From IMG/VR virus record IMGVR_UViG_3300050343_000130: a stretch of 64,000 nt of DNA; one strand, 5' to 3'. Positions 52,474 through 61,935 of this stretch are shown piece by piece. The position numbers and the translations under genes are program-made. The notes under the pieces were generated by a model. It searched no databases. It was not told where the DNA came from and saw only the letters and a program-made list of their open reading frames with translations. Each line of letters begins with the position of its first letter. The first letter of the stretch is position 1. This DNA is from an uncultured virus (IMG/VR IMGVR_UViG_3300050343_000130). Taxonomy: Duplodnaviria > Heunggongvirae > Uroviricota > Caudoviricetes > Crassvirales.

Positions 52474-54198
52474 TTAGCCATCGCATGCAAGACAATCTTC
52501 ATTCATTGCTTGCTGTGCAATATCTCCACGCAAGACAGACTCTGTCCTCGTATAATATAAAGTTTTAACCCCTCGTTTCCACGCTTCAAAATGAACTTTG
52601 TTAATCCATTTTGGTGTTGCAATGCTCGGGAACGCTAAATTTAAACTAACCGACTGATCTACATACTGCTGTCTCAGTCCAGCTTGATTGATTAATTCTA
52701 ATTGATTTATTTCCTTAAAAGTCTTAAACACTTCCTTAGCAGGAATATCATGTCCGATTGTAATATCACTAAGTTCAGATATATTTTGAACAGACCCTCC
52801 ATCAGCCAATATCTTATCCCATATTTCATTTGTATTTATTTTAAGTTTTTTCAATAGCTTAACTAGTGTCGGGTTTTTCCTAATGAAAGTCCCCTTCGCA
52901 CTCTGTTCTGTAAAAACATTCGCAGCCCACGGTTCAATACCTGGCGAAACATTTCCACTAAGCTTGCTATTACTAACAGTAGGAGCAATAGCACGTAAAT
53001 GAGTATTGCGCATACCAGTTCCAGCACACCACAAAGGTTCGCCGTATGTCTCTGCAAGATCCATTGAAGCTCTTTCGCTTTCAATTTTAACTTGTGAAAA
53101 TATTTTCCTAGTTTCAAACTGAGCAAGCAAACCTTCAAAAGGTATTCCCTTTTCTTGGAGATACGTGTGCCATCCCAAGACACCCAACCCAAGCGCTCGT
53201 CCTTTCTGAGCAGAACGAATGGCATTTTCAAAACCTCTAAGTCCTTTTGCTCTTTGAATAAATTCCTCCATAACGCCATCAAGAAACCATATAGAGTCGT
53301 ATATAAGGTTTGTGTTTTTCCACTCTTCATATTTTGCTAAATTTAATGATGATAAGCAACAAACAAAACTGTGATTTTCATCTGTATGTAAAGTAATCTC
53401 AGAACATATATTGGTCATATGAACTTTGAGACCGTTATCTTTGTATGCTGCTGGGTTATTTTTGTTTGTATTTCCCTTAAATAAAATATAAGGCTCTCCA
53501 GTTGCTTTTCGCTTTTGTAATAATTTTGACCATCTCTTTCTTGCATCTTTATCACCTCCTTCAACTCTTCGCATGAACTTGTCGCCGACCACAGCGCACT
53601 GGTGTAGGTTGAGGGACTGACGATTAACGTCTCCTTTAGGTTCTCTAATTTCGATCCAGTCTTCGAAATCGGCATGCTCAATATTGATGTTAACTGAAGC
53701 AGCTCCTCGTCGGACAGATCCTTGATTAGTGGCGAGTATTGTTGAATCGTAAATCTTACAAAACGGCACAACTCCATCAGATGTTCCATTTCCTGTTATT
53801 TTAGCGCCAGCGGGTCTTATTTGATTTATACCGATACCAACTCCACCGCCGTGCTTAGCGAGTAGCATCATCTCTAGATTCTTTTGTCCTATGTCTTGTA
53901 TACTATCAGCCACATCAATACCAAAGCAACTAATAGGCAAGCCGCGATCAGTACCTGTATTAGATAATACTGGACTAGCGAGACATAACCAACCATTCCA
54001 AATGTACTCGAAGAAAGTTTCTGCCATTTCTGGTTTATATAATCTACGAGCAACCGTCTTAGCGACTCTTTGGTATGCTTCTTTAGGCGTTTCTCCGTTG
54101 AATAAATATCCCCCGGATATAGTCTTCTTGTATACGTCGTTATTACCCCACGCAGGGTAATCTTCTCCTTTTTTCCAATCATCATTCCACATTTGCAT
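52474..54198 (-). CDS. nrdA: ribonucleotide reductase class Ia alpha subunit
   Basis: SPVLSN, PISCF, TNICSEI, AIAPTVS, KTLYY, C-terminal CLACDG. Confidence 0.95.
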   Translation of the reverse strand: MQMWNDDWKKGEDYPAWGNNDVYKKTISGGYLFNGETPKEAYQRVAKTVARRLYKPEMAETFFEYIWNGWLCLASPVLSNTGTDRGLPISCFGIDVADSIQDIGQKNLEMMLLAKHGGGVGIGINQIRPAGAKITGNGTSDGVVPFCKIYDSTILATNQGSVRRGAASVNINIEHADFEDWIEIREPKGDVNRQSLNLHQCAVVGDKFMRRVEGGDKDARKRWSKLLQKRKATGEPYILFKGNTNKNNPAAYKDNGLKVHMTNICSEITLHTDENHSFVCCLSSLNLAKYEEWKNTNLIYDSIWFLDGVMEEFIQRAKGLRGFENAIRSAQKGRALGLGVLGWHTYLQEKGIPFEGLLAQFETRKIFSQVKIESERASMDLAETYGEPLWCAGTGMRNTHLRAIAPTVSNSKLSGNVSPGIEPWAANVFTEQSAKGTFIRKNPTLVKLLKKLKINTNEIWDKILADGGSVQNISELSDITIGHDIPAKEVFKTFKEINQLELINQAGLRQQYVDQSVSLNLAFPSIATPKWINKVHFEAWKRGVKTLYYTRTESVLRGDIAQQAMNEDCLACDG

Positions 54199-54385
54199 CA
54201 GGTTGTTTTTGTTGTTCTTCTAATAACTTAGCTATAGCTTCTTCATATCCAGGCATTCTTTTAACTGTCTCTAATAAACCTTGAGCCAGTGTATTAACGT
54301 GCATTATGCCTTGTGTATTATTGTGCATTCCTTGAACTATCTTGCCCATGTCATGCTTCATATTAATTAACGTTTTTTCTTTCAT
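54182..54385 (-). CDS. hypothetical protein
   Basis: ORF 54182-54478, likely start MKEKT. Confidence 0.55.
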   Translation of the reverse strand: MKEKTLINMKHDMGKIVQGMHNNTQGIMHVNTLAQGLLETVKRMPGYEEAIAKLLEEQQKQPDANVE

Positions 54386-54633
54386 TTCATAAAATGTGTT
54401 ATCCAGGCTATTAACCCGTTTAAATTTAAAGTAACTAGATTCCATTGTTTCCTCGAGGCTGTCTGTACCATTACGCATATAAAACCAATTATATAAAGCG
54501 ATGGTTCAATTGTCCATTGTGCTGCTATCAGGAAGCCTGCTCCCATATAACCTATACGGGATGCAAACTTTTGATATGATGTTAACTTATTTGTATAAGC
54601 TAACAGCTTAAGTAATTTTCTTTTTGTTACCAT
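54382..54633 (-). CDS. small membrane protein
   Basis: Two to three hydrophobic segments. Confidence 0.55.
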   Translation of the reverse strand: MVTKRKLLKLLAYTNKLTSYQKFASRIGYMGAGFLIAAQWTIEPSLYIIGFICVMVQTASRKQWNLVTLNLNGLIAWITHFMK

Positions 54634-55595
54634 ATGTCCTCGAAGTCTTCTCCTTCGCCAGCTTTAGAATAATCTGTTGGCCTAATAGCGAAAAAGTCAG
54701 TATGAGTGACGCCCCCGGTAAGATGATAAAACCAATTAAGATTATCCGCTGCATCTTTTTCATACGCGAAATACGATCCCAAATCGATGTACCCCAATTC
54801 AACAAGCTTTTCATTTGTTCTCTTTCTTATAAATTGTTTTAAATCATTTGCCTTAATGCCTTCAATGTCTCCCATCTCAAACATTTTGTCTATATACTTC
54901 TCTTCTAAATCTACCATTGCTTCGGCAGCTTTAATTACATTTGCCCTGCATGCTTCTAGTAAAGTATCATCTTCCTGACACATATGTCTAAATAATTGAC
55001 AACCCATTTTACTATGCAATGATTCATCTCTTACAGACCATTTCATTTGCTGACCAATTCCTTTGAGTAAATTACGTAATTGAAAACTATATAACACAGC
55101 GAAAGCACTATATAAACTAACACCCTCTGCGAAAGCGGAAAATATAGCCAAGCTTGTACCGATGCCAACACTACTAGTACCGTCATAAGCAACCAAGTTA
55201 TCAAAACGTCTAGCTGTTGCAGGTTCGTGTAAAAATGCTTCATAGTCTTCTAATTTTAATGTTTCATTTAGATAGCTATATGCTACAGCATGCACAGTTT
55301 CTTGTGAGCCAAACATCATAGCCATCTGTCTTATCTCGTGTTTAGGAAACCACGATACGACCTTCTGGGTCCAATAGTCTGAAACAGCGCATTCGGTCTG
55401 CGCGAATCCAAGAAGTATGTTCCCAACGAGGTTTTTTTCTTTTTTGTCAAGTCTTTCATTCCAATCTTTTATATCGCTCTGCATTGAGATTTCAGTATGT
55501 AACCAAAATGCTTGAGCTTGTTTTAACCAACCTTCTGTATAGTATTCAGGATAATCAAATGGTTTGTACGCTATGCGCTCATCAAACAATCCCAT
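54627..55595 (-). CDS. nrdB: ribonucleotide reductase class Ia beta subunit
   Basis: QETVHAVAYS, AEGVSLYSAF, RDESLH di-iron motifs. Confidence 0.95.
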   Translation of the reverse strand: MGLFDERIAYKPFDYPEYYTEGWLKQAQAFWLHTEISMQSDIKDWNERLDKKEKNLVGNILLGFAQTECAVSDYWTQKVVSWFPKHEIRQMAMMFGSQETVHAVAYSYLNETLKLEDYEAFLHEPATARRFDNLVAYDGTSSVGIGTSLAIFSAFAEGVSLYSAFAVLYSFQLRNLLKGIGQQMKWSVRDESLHSKMGCQLFRHMCQEDDTLLEACRANVIKAAEAMVDLEEKYIDKMFEMGDIEGIKANDLKQFIRKRTNEKLVELGYIDLGSYFAYEKDAADNLNWFYHLTGGVTHTDFFAIRPTDYSKAGEGEDFEDIW

Positions 55596-55738
55596 TATTT
55601 AAATATTTCTAACGCTATATCTACAAAAGGTAAATATAAGACATGCGTTACTTGTGTTTCTTCGTCATAAGTTCTTGCTCCTAGTAGTACACCAGGATAC
55701 GTACCTATAGATAAACTCCAATTCTTATTTTCCTCCAT
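55595..55738 (-). CDS. hypothetical 47-aa protein
   Basis: Translated by hand (MEENKNWSLSIGTYPG...), stop overlaps nrdB start. Confidence 0.55.
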   Translation of the reverse strand: MEENKNWSLSIGTYPGVLLGARTYDEETQVTHVLYLPFVDIALEIFK

Positions 55739-55904
55739 ATGCTTTAATATTATATTTATCTTGTAGTTCAACTAATTCTTTATATTTTATTTTGCCTCTA
55801 ACATCCCAACTCCATTTGCACCATTTATCAATCTGTCTTTCAGCGTACTTTTGCCTAGCTAATCTTTTCGACTGGCTTGGATGAGGCTTATCGTTTCGTC
55901 GCAT
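55725..55904 (-). CDS. hypothetical 59-aa protein
   Basis: Translated by hand (MRRNDKPHPSQSKRLARQKYAERQIDKW...), fills operon gap. Confidence 0.5.
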   Translation of the reverse strand: MRRNDKPHPSQSKRLARQKYAERQIDKWCKWSWDVRGKIKYKELVELQDKYNIKAYGGK

Positions 55905-56317
55905 TCTTTTTGATTTTGTGGTTTGTATAATGTTGTACCCGGAAACTGCCTAACTATTAATTGCTTAAATAATTTCCATCGCATAGGAAATGATTCGTTT
56001 GCTCTACCTTTGGTTTCAATTATAAAATCTTCGCCAATAAAATCTGGTGTATACTTTATAGGTAATATTCTTTTTTCACCTCTATTCTTGTAATCACCTT
56101 TACCATTGGATTGTCTTTCATAAACTTTATTATCAAAATGAAATCCATTTAATAAAACAAACGTTTCTCCCTCGTATTTAGCTTTAATTCTTGCTTTCTT
56201 TAAAGCCATATACATATAACGTTCAAGGCCCGAAGCAAAGTTGATACCATCATATGATACCTTCTTTGCTTGCACTGGTCCTCTCTTCTTTTTTCTTTTA
56301 TAAGGTTTTCTCATCAT
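55859..56317 (-). CDS. T7 endonuclease I-like Holliday junction resolvase
   Basis: FASGLE, YTPDF, IIETKG (PD-(D/E)XK). Confidence 0.75.
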   Translation of the reverse strand: MMRKPYKRKKKRGPVQAKKVSYDGINFASGLERYMYMALKKARIKAKYEGETFVLLNGFHFDNKVYERQSNGKGDYKNRGEKRILPIKYTPDFIGEDFIIETKGRANESFPMRWKLFKQLIVRQFPGTTLYKPQNQKECDETISLIQASRKD

Positions 56318-56516
56318 AAGCTTCTTTTGCTTTTTGTAAATATAACACAGCATCCATAAGCTCTTCTTGTAAATGATTAAGCCAGTCTATTACTTTACTA
56401 GGATCTTCATCTAGTGTAACACCGTATTTAGCATAGCCTACATCTGATCTAGACACAAATTTATCTACAACTCGCTCAACAACTGGATCTCTAAATTCTA
56501 TTTGTTTTTTACTCAT
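56298..56516 (-). CDS. small helical protein (NTP-pyrophosphatase-like fragment)
   Basis: RS..G..KYGVTL...WLNHLQEELMDAVLY. Confidence 0.6.
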   Translation of the reverse strand: MSKKQIEFRDPVVERVVDKFVSRSDVGYAKYGVTLDEDPSKVIDWLNHLQEELMDAVLYLQKAKEAYDEKTL

Positions 56517-57282
56517 TGTCTGTATCTTTTACGAATGTTCCATTAATCATTTTACCTGTTCTTGCCGCTATAACTTTATAAGCTTCGTCAATACAATATT
56601 CTATATTGTATCCTTCTAAATGAGCTAAGTTTGTAAGCACTACAACAATATCACCTATTGCATCTATAACTTCAGGTTTATCGTTCTTAAGTAATGCTTT
56701 AGCTAACTCTCCAGCTTCTTCTTGTAATTTGACATATTGTGTATGTGAATTACCTTCGTTATATAATCCTCTTGTAGCTGCCCAGTTTCTTATAAGATCG
56801 AATCTTTCGTCTGAACGTACATCAGGATTGTGGTCTGTGTTATAAAACGCTTCATAAAAAGCTTTATTATATATATAGCTTCTTTTATCATTGTACATTG
56901 ATGTTTTACAATTCTGCATAATCCAAGGTATTGTTTTGGCTGTTATTTCAAATGTGCCAAATTCCGTAGACCATTTAGCCCCTATGTGGTCCGATAAATT
57001 ACCTTTAAGTTTATTTACTGGATAGGGGAATGTACTTGTCTGCTCTGTAGCGTTAATTTTCATTTTATTTGATTTAATTAAATTTTTATAAGTTTGTCTA
57101 TCAACTTTATAGCCGTAAGACTTTTGAAGTTCTATTTCCTTTGCGGATATAATTTCTATATCATCGCTTGTAAATAAAACTTCATACTCTTCTGGTGCAT
57201 ATCCTTGTTGCTCCGTAACTCTTTTATTAAGATTACGTGTAACTCCAATTTTTTTACCAGGAATGTGATAAATGTTGTACAT
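56509..57282 (-). CDS. GIY-YIG-like N-terminal domain fused to MazG-like NTP pyrophosphohydrolase
   Basis: YNIY...KIGVTRNLNKR N-terminus; KLQEEAGEL...DAIGDIVV C-terminus. Confidence 0.7.
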   Translation of the reverse strand: MYNIYHIPGKKIGVTRNLNKRVTEQQGYAPEEYEVLFTSDDIEIISAKEIELQKSYGYKVDRQTYKNLIKSNKMKINATEQTSTFPYPVNKLKGNLSDHIGAKWSTEFGTFEITAKTIPWIMQNCKTSMYNDKRSYIYNKAFYEAFYNTDHNPDVRSDERFDLIRNWAATRGLYNEGNSHTQYVKLQEEAGELAKALLKNDKPEVIDAIGDIVVVLTNLAHLEGYNIEYCIDEAYKVIAARTGKMINGTFVKDTDNE

Positions 57283-57291
57283 ATTTTTAGT

Positions 57292-58104
57292 TTATTTGCC
57301 AACACTCAACTCTGCTTTTATAGCAGGATAAGGATTGTATTTGATTAAATTTATTTCATTATGCTTAGGTATTTCTAAAGAAACATCTAAACCTTTATCT
57401 AACTTAAGCTTTGGTAAAACTCTTTTAGGTCTGTTTATATATACATTTGCTTGTTCTAAATGATTGTTATATAAATGACAATCCCCAAGCTGTCCTATAA
57501 GCTTCCCAGGCTTCAAATTAGAGCCTTTAGCCAACATCTCGAGTAGTAAGCCATACATTGAAATATCGTACGGCAGACCAAGAAATATATCGACTGATCT
57601 TTGTTGCCACATTAAATCCATAACGCCATTGTTTATGTATATTTGAAATCCGTAATGACACGGAGGCAACACCATATCATCCATTTCATGAGGAGCCCAG
57701 GCGGATAACATAATGCGACGACTGTGCGGTGTATCACGTATAGCATTTACTACATTTGCTAGTTGATCAACCCCATTGAAGTCACGCCATTGTTTTCCAT
57801 ATACAGGGCCAAGTGTTTCGTCCGTTCTACCTGATCTATTATAATCAGGGCGCCAGTATTTAACACCATTGTCTTCAAGATATTTAAGATCTGTTCTACC
57901 TTGTAATATCCAAAGCAATTCTGTTTTAACTGCTTGGAAGCTTATCCTTTTACCTGTGAGTATAGGGAAGCCAAGTGACATATCGTGCTTAATCGTTCTT
58001 CCGAAGACAGCTCTCGTCCCTGTCCCTGTTCTATCCTCTTTATTAGATCCGCCGTGGAGTACACCTCCCATAAGTGCTTTATATTCATTTTCTATGTTTA
58101 TCAT
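57292..58104 (-). CDS. thyA: thymidylate synthase
   Basis: DRTGTGT, LGPVYGKQWR, LPPCH, QRSVDIFLGLPYD, HLYNNH. Confidence 0.95.
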   Translation of the reverse strand: MINIENEYKALMGGVLHGGSNKEDRTGTGTRAVFGRTIKHDMSLGFPILTGKRISFQAVKTELLWILQGRTDLKYLEDNGVKYWRPDYNRSGRTDETLGPVYGKQWRDFNGVDQLANVVNAIRDTPHSRRIMLSAWAPHEMDDMVLPPCHYGFQIYINNGVMDLMWQQRSVDIFLGLPYDISMYGLLLEMLAKGSNLKPGKLIGQLGDCHLYNNHLEQANVYINRPKRVLPKLKLDKGLDVSLEIPKHNEINLIKYNPYPAIKAELSVGK

Positions 58105-58363
58105 AATAATATTTACAAAATTCATAATACGCTTTCCAAATCGCATCTCTATTATATATACTCGGTGCTACATTAGGTTTCTCTCCACGTTTGTATGGGC
58201 CAAGTGTTATAGTTATTCGCCAGTTATCTGGATCGTTCTGTATTCCTTGAGGTGCAATTCTTATATCATTACGTATACAATACAAACAAGCTTTAATCTC
58301 GTCTGTAGTAGGAACGTATTTTGGCATGCTATAATTAGCGCCTTTTCTATATAAGCTTTTCAT
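58085..58363 (-). CDS. hypothetical protein
   Basis: 92-aa ORF within operon. Confidence 0.6.
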   Translation of the reverse strand: MKSLYRKGANYSMPKYVPTTDEIKACLYCIRNDIRIAPQGIQNDPDNWRITITLGPYKRGEKPNVAPSIYNRDAIWKAYYEFCKYYYDKHRK

Positions 58364-60082
58364 TTATTCCCAAGGCATAGCCTCATCTGTTAAGTTTAAT
58401 TGCTCGTGAGGTATAAAGCAACCCGACTTTGGTTCCCATTTAAAATGTGCTTCAGCACCGTTCTCTCCTAAGTTTTGAAACTTAACTTTAAGAACTTTAG
58501 CTTTAACAGTTTTCTCTTCATAATTTCTATGAACTAATATACCGTGATAAGAAGCATCATACCATTCACCTCCACCTTTAATGTTATACATTGTAGGTTC
58601 TTCAATCTTACCGTCTTGTGTCTTATACATCTTAGTAGGGTGAGCTACTATAAATACAAGCACATCGTACTTCTTAGCAAATATTTCGATCTTAGTTAAG
58701 TATTCCATAGTATACCTGTTAACATCTTCTGTCTTACAGTCTACGTCTCTAACCTTATTAAAAGGATCTATAACTAAACATTTAATACCTTTACGTTTTA
58801 CTAGCTCAGCACCTTTACGTAACACAGACTCTAATGTGTAACGTTCCATATCAATATGAAAATAATTACTATTGCAATGATCAGCTATTTGATTCCATTT
58901 GTCTCCGTGTATATCTGAAGCTGATGGCATACCTTCCCAGGTTTTTCTCATTAGCTTGTGAGCATGTAAATACGTCGGCGCATTTTCTGGTGATGCAAAA
59001 GCCGTCTTCCAACCGTAGTTACGATTATATCCGACAACCATCTGATCAACAAAGTCTGATTTACCTGAACTAGGTATACCAGTGACAGTAATAAATTGAC
59101 CGGTATAAGTACTAAAAATGTCATCAAAATTGGATAAGCCAACTTGATATCCTTTCTTAAAGCCGTTACGAACAAAGTCAGTAACCTCATCCTCAATATC
59201 TCTGAATGTCGTAACATTTTCAAGCGGAACGGGTCTCGCTCCGGTAATACGCTCTGATAGTTTTTCTTTTCCATGCTTGATTAAGTATTCATTAGCATCT
59301 TTACAATCATCAAACGTTGCTAAGTAACAAACTTCTGCTCCTAGCCTTCTAACTAATTCTGATTGCAATGCTTGTCCAGCTTCATCCGAATCAACTGCTA
59401 ATATTATTTTCTCTTTGTCTTCAAAATAATCAATACAATTGTCTAGATAATCTAAGTTATTACTATTTAGTGTTGCGCCATTAGGAACTGATATTGCGTT
59501 AGGTATTCCAGCTTCGTGCAATGCTAACACATCCATTTCACCTTCTACTATAATACAATATTCATATCCTACTATACTATTTATATTATAAAATACTTTC
59601 TCAGCTCCTTTATATAGTTTAAAGTTTTTTCTACCGTCTCTATATTTAATATTAATAAGCTGATCACCCATTATATAATTAAACTGAATCGTATTCTCGG
59701 CCTTGCCGGTTTGAGGCATATATTCAGAACCTTCAGTCACGTGTAATTCGTCTAAAGTTTTCTGTGATATACCTCTTGTTTTAAACCATTCATATACTTT
59801 AGATCCTAACTGTTCAGGATCTGCAACATGCAACGCATTGGGCCTAACGTATTCTTTTTCGCTAGCACCCTTGCGTTGATATGTATGTAATTGAAATGAT
59901 GTGTTACAATTATGACAAGTACCGAGACCACGTTCCCAATCGTAAGAAGCGCACTTTAATTTTTGCTTCTTGGGTTGTCTATCAGAAGAGCACAAAGGAC
60001 ACGTCCCTTGTTTCTTACCTTCGTCAAGCTTATATTGATTGAACTCATCAATCAAGAATCCATTGATCTCTGTTGTCTGCAT
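58364..60082 (-). CDS. primase-helicase (T7 gp4/Twinkle-like)
   Basis: CPLC..CHNC Zn finger, VEGEMD/DSD TOPRIM, GIPSSGKS Walker A, LVIDP, VAHP. Confidence 0.92.
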   Translation of the reverse strand: MQTTEINGFLIDEFNQYKLDEGKKQGTCPLCSSDRQPKKQKLKCASYDWERGLGTCHNCNTSFQLHTYQRKGASEKEYVRPNALHVADPEQLGSKVYEWFKTRGISQKTLDELHVTEGSEYMPQTGKAENTIQFNYIMGDQLINIKYRDGRKNFKLYKGAEKVFYNINSIVGYEYCIIVEGEMDVLALHEAGIPNAISVPNGATLNSNNLDYLDNCIDYFEDKEKIILAVDSDEAGQALQSELVRRLGAEVCYLATFDDCKDANEYLIKHGKEKLSERITGARPVPLENVTTFRDIEDEVTDFVRNGFKKGYQVGLSNFDDIFSTYTGQFITVTGIPSSGKSDFVDQMVVGYNRNYGWKTAFASPENAPTYLHAHKLMRKTWEGMPSASDIHGDKWNQIADHCNSNYFHIDMERYTLESVLRKGAELVKRKGIKCLVIDPFNKVRDVDCKTEDVNRYTMEYLTKIEIFAKKYDVLVFIVAHPTKMYKTQDGKIEEPTMYNIKGGGEWYDASYHGILVHRNYEEKTVKAKVLKVKFQNLGENGAEAHFKWEPKSGCFIPHEQLNLTDEAMPWE

Positions 60083-60095
60083 TAATTATATTAGT

Positions 60096-60404
60096 TTAAA
60101 ATGGTAAATCATCTGCCGGTTGTGCTACCGGTTGAGCTTGTTGTGGTTGATCTGTTCTTGGTGCAGCGGCTACATTATCACCGTTAGTCCACACCACTTT
60201 AACATTTCCTAAATAAGTCTTAGCTACTTTAGCTTCACGCTCCTCTTTAGATTGTTCAACAATAACCGGTCCTTGATTACCATAGTTGTCAACTTCGTCA
60301 TTAATTGTAATTGTTATAGGTAAATACTTACCTTTCTTGCCCACATAGATTTTATCTTTTGGGATTTCATTCAAGTTAATACTTGCTTTAATTATACTTG
60401 CCAT
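60096..60404 (-). CDS. putative single-stranded DNA-binding protein
   Basis: Beta-rich body with acidic DDLPF C-terminus. Confidence 0.65.
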   Translation of the reverse strand: MASIIKASINLNEIPKDKIYVGKKGKYLPITITINDEVDNYGNQGPVIVEQSKEEREAKVAKTYLGNVKVVWTNGDNVAAAPRTDQPQQAQPVAQPADDLPF

Positions 60405-60405
60405 A

Positions 60406-60582
60406 TTAGTACGCGTTTATCTGATTAAACATTCTTGTTAATTGCTCTTTTGTAGCGCCAGTATTTCTTCTCATATTGTCTACTGCTTTAACATGATTTT
60501 GGTTAGTATAAAAATTATCTACACTTGTTTTCATTCCTGTTACTGTACAAATTTTTGTTTGGTTTTTTCTTGGTCTTGCCAT
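60406..60582 (-). CDS. hypothetical 58-aa protein
   Basis: Translated by hand (MARPRKNQTKICTVTG...). Confidence 0.55.
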   Translation of the reverse strand: MARPRKNQTKICTVTGMKTSVDNFYTNQNHVKAVDNMRRNTGATKEQLTRMFNQINAY

Positions 60583-60591
60583 AATTAATAA

Positions 60592-61338
60592 TTAAAGGGT
60601 TTTGTTAATAAAAAATTGTTGTGGATCGAAATCCGGGTTTTTAAAAAATAGTTCATATGCTTCTATAGCTCTTTCAACTTTATCTCTACCGCTTTCCAAA
60701 AACTTTGGAGAACAATCAAATATACCTATTTGATGAGATGATTTGTCTATAGCCATAAACACCAGCTCATAACCAAATAATTTTTGGTAAATATAAGCTT
60801 GTGAATCGTAATTATATTTTCGTGCACTATACTGAAATTTTGATATGTCAGCTGTAGTTTTCAAATCAATAATTAATTTTTCACCGTGGTTTATTATATC
60901 AGCTTTGCCTTTCCACATATGACCGCCTATTTCTTCAATCCCAGGCTGTTCGTAAGTTACACTCTCACCTGTTCCACGAATCAAATCTCTACATATGTCA
61001 TTAGACATTATCTTGTCTACTAACAATTCAGTTTTATCTACTTCGTGTTGCAATAAGCATATCTCACCGCCTGAGATCTCTCTATACGCTTTTGTATTTC
61101 TAGTTGTAGCTTCTACAATCTTAAAGTTATTAAGCTTTTCAGGTTCTAGTATAGCTGTATGAAAATACCCACCAATTAAAAATGCAGGTCTATTCTCTAG
61201 AGGTACGCCTAGCGATAGAGGGTTTGTTAACAGTGTAGAGATGTCAGAATTACTTAAAAACTTCTTACCGTAACTGCCGTAATAGTTTTTATCTTCCTTA
61301 AGTTTTTCTAACACCTCTTTCTTGTTAGCTTTTTCCAT
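60592..61338 (-). CDS. RecE/exonuclease VIII-like PD-(D/E)XK nuclease
   Basis: LSNSDI, G..FH..ILEP, KGKAD, IIDLKTT, YDSQAYIY. Confidence 0.8.
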   Translation of the reverse strand: MEKANKKEVLEKLKEDKNYYGSYGKKFLSNSDISTLLTNPLSLGVPLENRPAFLIGGYFHTAILEPEKLNNFKIVEATTRNTKAYREISGGEICLLQHEVDKTELLVDKIMSNDICRDLIRGTGESVTYEQPGIEEIGGHMWKGKADIINHGEKLIIDLKTTADISKFQYSARKYNYDSQAYIYQKLFGYELVFMAIDKSSHQIGIFDCSPKFLESGRDKVERAIEAYELFFKNPDFDPQQFFINKTL

Positions 61339-61339
61339 T

Positions 61340-61885
61340 TTATAGAGTTTTCAATTTTGCCTCTACTTCTTTAGATAAGGCATACTTTGCTTTTATAGCT
61401 TCAATCTTACCTCCTGCTTTAACGTAATCCTTTGCTTTAGCAAATGCTGGATCTTTGTCTGATGTTAAGGTAGGCTTGTTAGCTCTCGGTGCATTACCGT
61501 GGTTGTTTGTAGCGTCACTATCTGCAGTGTCGTCAATTAAAAATAAATTACCTAGCGCATATTTTTTTCCGTAAGATGATGCACTACCGAACTTTTGAGG
61601 CATTTGCATACCCTTCTGAGTTAGGTCAACGCCTACAAGTGCAGTAGCACGTATAGCATTTTCGCCATCGCAGATGATAGCAGTTGATTTGATAATTGGA
61701 AATTCTTGATTGTCAATTAGTTCCTCATCAATTCTTACTGATACTCCTAACTCTAAGAGAAAGGGTTTAGTTGCTTCTAGGATGTCTTCGGCTGATCTGA
61801 AGTTGTATTTGCCGAATGAATTAAATCTACTCTTCTTCGATTTAAATTTTGTCTGGATTTGGGCCAGCTTTTGGTTTATGGTCAT
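61340..61885 (-). CDS. ERF-family single-strand annealing protein
   Basis: NSFGKYNFRSAEDI, QKFGSASSYGKKYAL..LFLIDD. Confidence 0.85.
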   Translation of the reverse strand: MTINQKLAQIQTKFKSKKSRFNSFGKYNFRSAEDILEATKPFLLELGVSVRIDEELIDNQEFPIIKSTAIICDGENAIRATALVGVDLTQKGMQMPQKFGSASSYGKKYALGNLFLIDDTADSDATNNHGNAPRANKPTLTSDKDPAFAKAKDYVKAGGKIEAIKAKYALSKEVEAKLKTL

Positions 61886-61909
61886 AAGGTATTGTTTGGT
61901 TTCTTATTA

Positions 61910-61924
61910 TTATTATTACGTATT
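61910..61924 (-). promoter_or_regulatory. class II promoter-like motif
   Basis: AATACGTAATAATAA on minus strand, 25 nt upstream of ERF. Confidence 0.65.
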
Positions 61925-61935
61925 TTATTCATAAG

